Shown piece after piece: positions 60,205 to 64,000 of a DNA stretch of 64,000 nucleotides. Under the pieces are notes generated by a model, which searched no databases, was not told the origin of the DNA, and saw only the letters and a list, made by a program, of their open reading frames with translations. Each line of letters opens with the position of its first letter. Within the stretch, counting starts at the first letter, position 1. Source of the stretch: Macrostomum lignano (Eukaryota); the NCBI GenBank assembly GCA_002269645.1, contig NIVC01001830.1:1-64000 (forward strand). Direction: 5' to 3'. The translations under genes and the position numbers were made by a program.

Positions 60205-63200
60205 TCAGTGCTCAGTGTCGCCCAGCAGAGCCCGGAGGCTGTCCTCGAACAGCGCGATGACCAACATGGTGCCGACGCCGGTGGCGATGCCAGCATTTTG
60301 CAGGGCGAAGTGGGCCAGCCGGGACTCGCCGGATTTCACGTGAACGAGGTTGAGCTCCGGCAGCTGGTCAAGGCGGGGTGGGGAGGCAGGGAGTGCGGCT
60401 GAGTGGATCAAATATGGGTTGGGTGGAATATTTAGTAAGTAGCTGACCAAGCAGCTGAGTAAGTAGCTTACTTAGGATAGGATGTGAGTGAGTAGTTGAG
60501 TGAGTAGCTGAGTGAGTAGCTGAGTGAGTAGCTTAGTGAGTAGCCGAGTGAGTAGCCGAGTGAGTAGCTGAGTGAGTAGCTTAGTGAGTAGCTGAGTGAG
60601 TAGCTGAGTGAGTAGCTGAGTGAGTAGCTGAGTGAGTAGCTTAGTGAGTAGCCGAGTGAGCAGCTGAGTGAGTAGCTGAGTGAGTAGCTTAGTGAGTAGC
60701 TGAGTGAGTAGCTGAGTGAGCAGCTGAGTGAGTAGCTGAGTGAGCAGCAGAGTGAACAGACGAGTGAGCAGCTGAGTGAACAGATGAGGGAGCAGCTGAG
60801 TGAACAGATGAGTGAGTAGCTGAGTGCAAAGATGAGTAAGTAGCTGAGTGAGCAGCTGAGTGAGTAGCTGAGTGAGTAGCTGAGTGAGCAGCTGAGTGAG
60901 TAGCTGAGTGAGTAGCTGAGTGAGTAGCTGAGTGAGTAGCTTAGTGAGTAGCTGAGTGAGTAGCTAAGTAAGCAGCTGAGCAGGAGCAAGAAGACAGGCT
61001 GGGTTCGGTCAGCCGGCCTTACCATGTCTACCAGCGAGATGTACACGAAGATCCCCCCAGTCACGGCGAAGATCCAGTAGCTGGCGTTCGTAGCGTTCCC
61101 GGCGCAGACGCCCACCGCGGCACCTGCGGCGGCCAGGGCTGAGGAGAGCGCGTTGCACAGCAGGGCGCGGCGCGGCGGCATCCCCGTCTTCAGCAGCACC
61201 GCGAAGTCGCCTGGTCGAGACAGAGCGGGATCTGGACTCTCAGCCTGCGGCTTTAAACCCTCAGCCTCCGGCTTTGGACTCTTAGCCTGCAGCTTTGGAC
61301 TCTCAGCCTGCAGCTTTGGACTCTCAGCCTGCGGCTTTGAACTCTCAGCCTGCGGCTTTGAACTCTCAGCCTGCGGCTTTGGACTCTCAGCCTGCGGCTT
61401 TGGACTCTCAGCCTGCGGCTTTGGACTCTCAGCCTGCGGCTTTGAACTCTCAGCCTGTTGCCTTGGACTCTGACACCTCATAGCTACGGACTCTCACACC
61501 TCACAGCTACGGACTCTTACACCTCATAGCTAAGGGACTCTCACACCTCACAGCTACGGACTCTTAAACCTCATAGCTAAGGACTCTCACACCTCACAGC
61601 TAGGGACTCTCACACCTCACAGCTAGGGACTCTCACACGTCACAGCTAGGGACTCTCACACCTCACAGCTAGGGACTCTCACACCTCACAGCTAGGGACT
61701 CTCACACCTCACAGCTAGGGACTCTCACACCTCACAGCTAGGGACTCTCACACCTCACAGCTAGGGACTCTCACACCTCACAGCTAGGGACTCTCACACG
61801 TCACAGCTAGGGACTCTCACACCTCACAGCTAGGGACTCTCACACCTCACAGCTAGGGACTCTCACACCTCACAGCTAGGGACTCTCACACCTCACAGCT
61901 AGGGACTCTCACACCTCACAGCTAGGGACTCTCACACGTCACAGCTAGGGACTCTCACACCTCACAGCTAGGGACTCTCACACCTCACAGCTAGGGACTC
62001 TCACACCTCACAGCTAGGGACTCTCACACCTCACAGCTAGGGACTCTCACACCTCACAGCTAGGGACTCTCACACCTCACAGCTAGCTAGACTCTCACAC
62101 CTCACAGCTAGCTAGACTCTCACACCTCACAGCTGGGACTCTCACACCTCTTAGCTAGCTAGACTCTCACACCTCTTAGCTAGCTAGACTCTCACACCTC
62201 ACAGCTAGGGACTCTCACACCTCACAGCTACGGACTCTCACGCCTCGGACTCACCCAGCTCGTGCGGCAGCTCGTGGCACAGCACCGCCAGGCTGGTGGA
62301 CAGCCCGCCAGCCAGGCTCTGCGCGAAGGCGGCTCCAATCGCCATGCCGTCAGCGAAATTGTGCAGCCCATCGCCAAGGACCACCATCCAGGCCATTGAG
62401 GCTAGTTGTCCTTGACCCCCGTGGCTGTGACCATGTTTGCGATTATCGTCTGCAACGCTGTTGCGAACATCAATCTGGACTTCGTCTGCGGCTGAGTTAG
62501 CGACGTCGGCGGCGGAGGAGTCTCGGTGGTTGTTGAATTCGACCTCTTCGAGTTCGCAGAGTTCGACAAGATTTCGAAAATTGTCGATACTTCTCAGGGC
62601 TGCGGATTAAAGATTCAGTGGTATCTCTTCTAAGTAAATTGCTAGCAATTAGATAGATTCTTTGGCACCTGGGTATCTGGATATATCTTTAGGTACCTGG
62701 GTACATTTTTAGGTACATGGGTACATTTTTAGGTACTTGGGTACATTTTTAGATACCTGGGTACATTTTTAGGTACTTGGGTACATTTTTAGGTACCTGG
62801 GTACATTTTTAGGTACTTGGGTACATTTTTAGGTACCTGGGTACATTTTTAGGTACTTGGGTACATATTTAGGTACTTGGGTACATTTTTAGATACCTGG
62901 GTACATTTTTAGGTACATGGGTACATTTTTAGGTACTTGGGTACATTTTTAGGTACTTGGGTACGTTTTTAGGTACCTGGGTACATTTTTAGGTACTTGG
63001 GTACATTTTTAGGTACCTATACAATTATGTTTGTCCGGGTACAATCTTAGGTACCTGGGTACAATCTTAGGTACTTAGGTACAATTTGGGTACCTAGATG
63101 CAGTTTCAGGTACTTGGGGTACAAGCGTGGGTAAATATGAGTAGAATTTCGAGTAAATTTCGGGTATATTATAAGCTACCTAGTGTGGCAGGCGCGCTGT

Positions 63201-63755
63201 CGCGTACTTCAGTTCACACCAGTACTGTATGTACATTGTAGATATAATTATTAAGTAATGAAAATCTAATGATCCCCACAGCAGGAAAACCCCATGCTTA
63301 AAATTATTCCAGCGCTAAAGCATGCGAGCGAGTTGTGCCTTCGCCAGGCTAATCAAGAAGGCTCGCCCTCGGCCCCAGGGAATCCGCTTCGAAAATTCGT
63401 TTCTCATCCCGCCACAAGGAACTTCTTTCCTCTACTCCCGCCTAATTATTAGGATCCGCCGGGGGAAGCGAGCGCGAGATATTTGCGCGAGAAAATTATG
63501 ATGAAACAGCTTTGAAACCCTGAAAGCGTCAGTGGCATTTTCTGCTTTCACTCTCTGATTAGATACTTTAATTATATGGCCGAGTTGCACGCGGGCTACA
63601 AGTGAGACTCTCAGCTCACCCTTGCTGCCGAGCCCAGTGGTGATCAGCTCGTCGCAGGATTTTTCGCCGTACATTCGAGAAACTCGACGCCTCTGACGGT
63701 CTAAAACAGCCAAGCCGTCGGTTGGAGCGCTGTCTGGTTCAGCTTGCAGCTGCTC
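60205..63755 (-). CDS. SLC39: SLC39 (ZIP) LIV-1-subfamily zinc transporter, 3' part; exons ~63755-63620, 62599-62255, ~61214-61023, ~60370-60205
   Basis: HGHSH loop, [33 protein letters not shown]|DFAVLL signature, [11 protein letters not shown]|LPEL; splice phases at 63620/62599 are compatible. 5' exons lie beyond the window. Confidence 0.92.
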
Positions 63756-64000
63756 CTAGATTGGGCAGGATCAGGGAGTGAGGTGGGCGGCGGTGTACAT
63801 TGATTCAGATTGGTTAGTGAGGTGGGCGGCGGTGTACATTGATTCAGATTGGTTAGTGAGGTGGGCGGCGGTGTACATTGATTCAGATTGGTTAGTGAGG
63901 TGGGCGGCGGTGTACATTGATTCAGATTGGTTAGTGAGGTGGGCGGCGGTGTACATTGATTCAGATTGGTTAGTGAGGTGGGCGGCGGTGTACATTGATT
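60480..64000. repeat. Intronic minisatellites in the ZIP gene
   Basis: gagtgagtagct (60480-60980), 21-bp gactctcagcctgcggcttt (61230-61470), 25-bp gactctcacacctcacagctagg (61490-62240), 20-bp ggtacatttttaggtacttg (62690-63020) and a 36-bp unit (63775-64000). Confidence 0.9.

Overview
Eukaryotic (animal-type) genomic DNA. Spliceosomal genes whose introns are filled with minisatellites suggest a Macrostomum-like flatworm, but that is inference only. Bases 1 to ~26.6 kb hold an integrated Polinton/Maverick (adintovirus-like) complex that looks like two different elements joined at ~17.3 kb. Element A (1-17299, left end outside the window) carries pPolB, a primase-helicase, a RING protein, fibre, protease, penton, ATPase, major capsid, core proteins and a PLA2-integrase fusion. 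Element B (17300 to ~26.6 kb) carries a second fibre, ATPase, major capsid and penton set plus an 82-bp minisatellite. The main discovery is an 880-nt group IC1 self-splicing intron (15758-16637, minus strand) with P1-P9 readable by eye. It interrupts the PLA2 Ca2+-loop codons (YSFAG|PGT) and encodes a PD-(D/E)xK restriction-enzyme-like protein resembling the Eco47II (GGNCC-cutting) family. The intron sits exactly inside a GGT|CC site. By manual scan element A has no GGNCC in 17.3 kb (versus ~20 CCNGG), while element B has 12 GGNCC in 6.3 kb. The rest is host DNA: an orphan two-exon gene, a probable DM9-repeat gene, an intact Chapaev DNA transposon, an SLC4 bicarbonate transporter, an SLC39/LIV-1 zinc transporter and many tandem repeats. 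All alignments and counts were done by eye; no database search was run.
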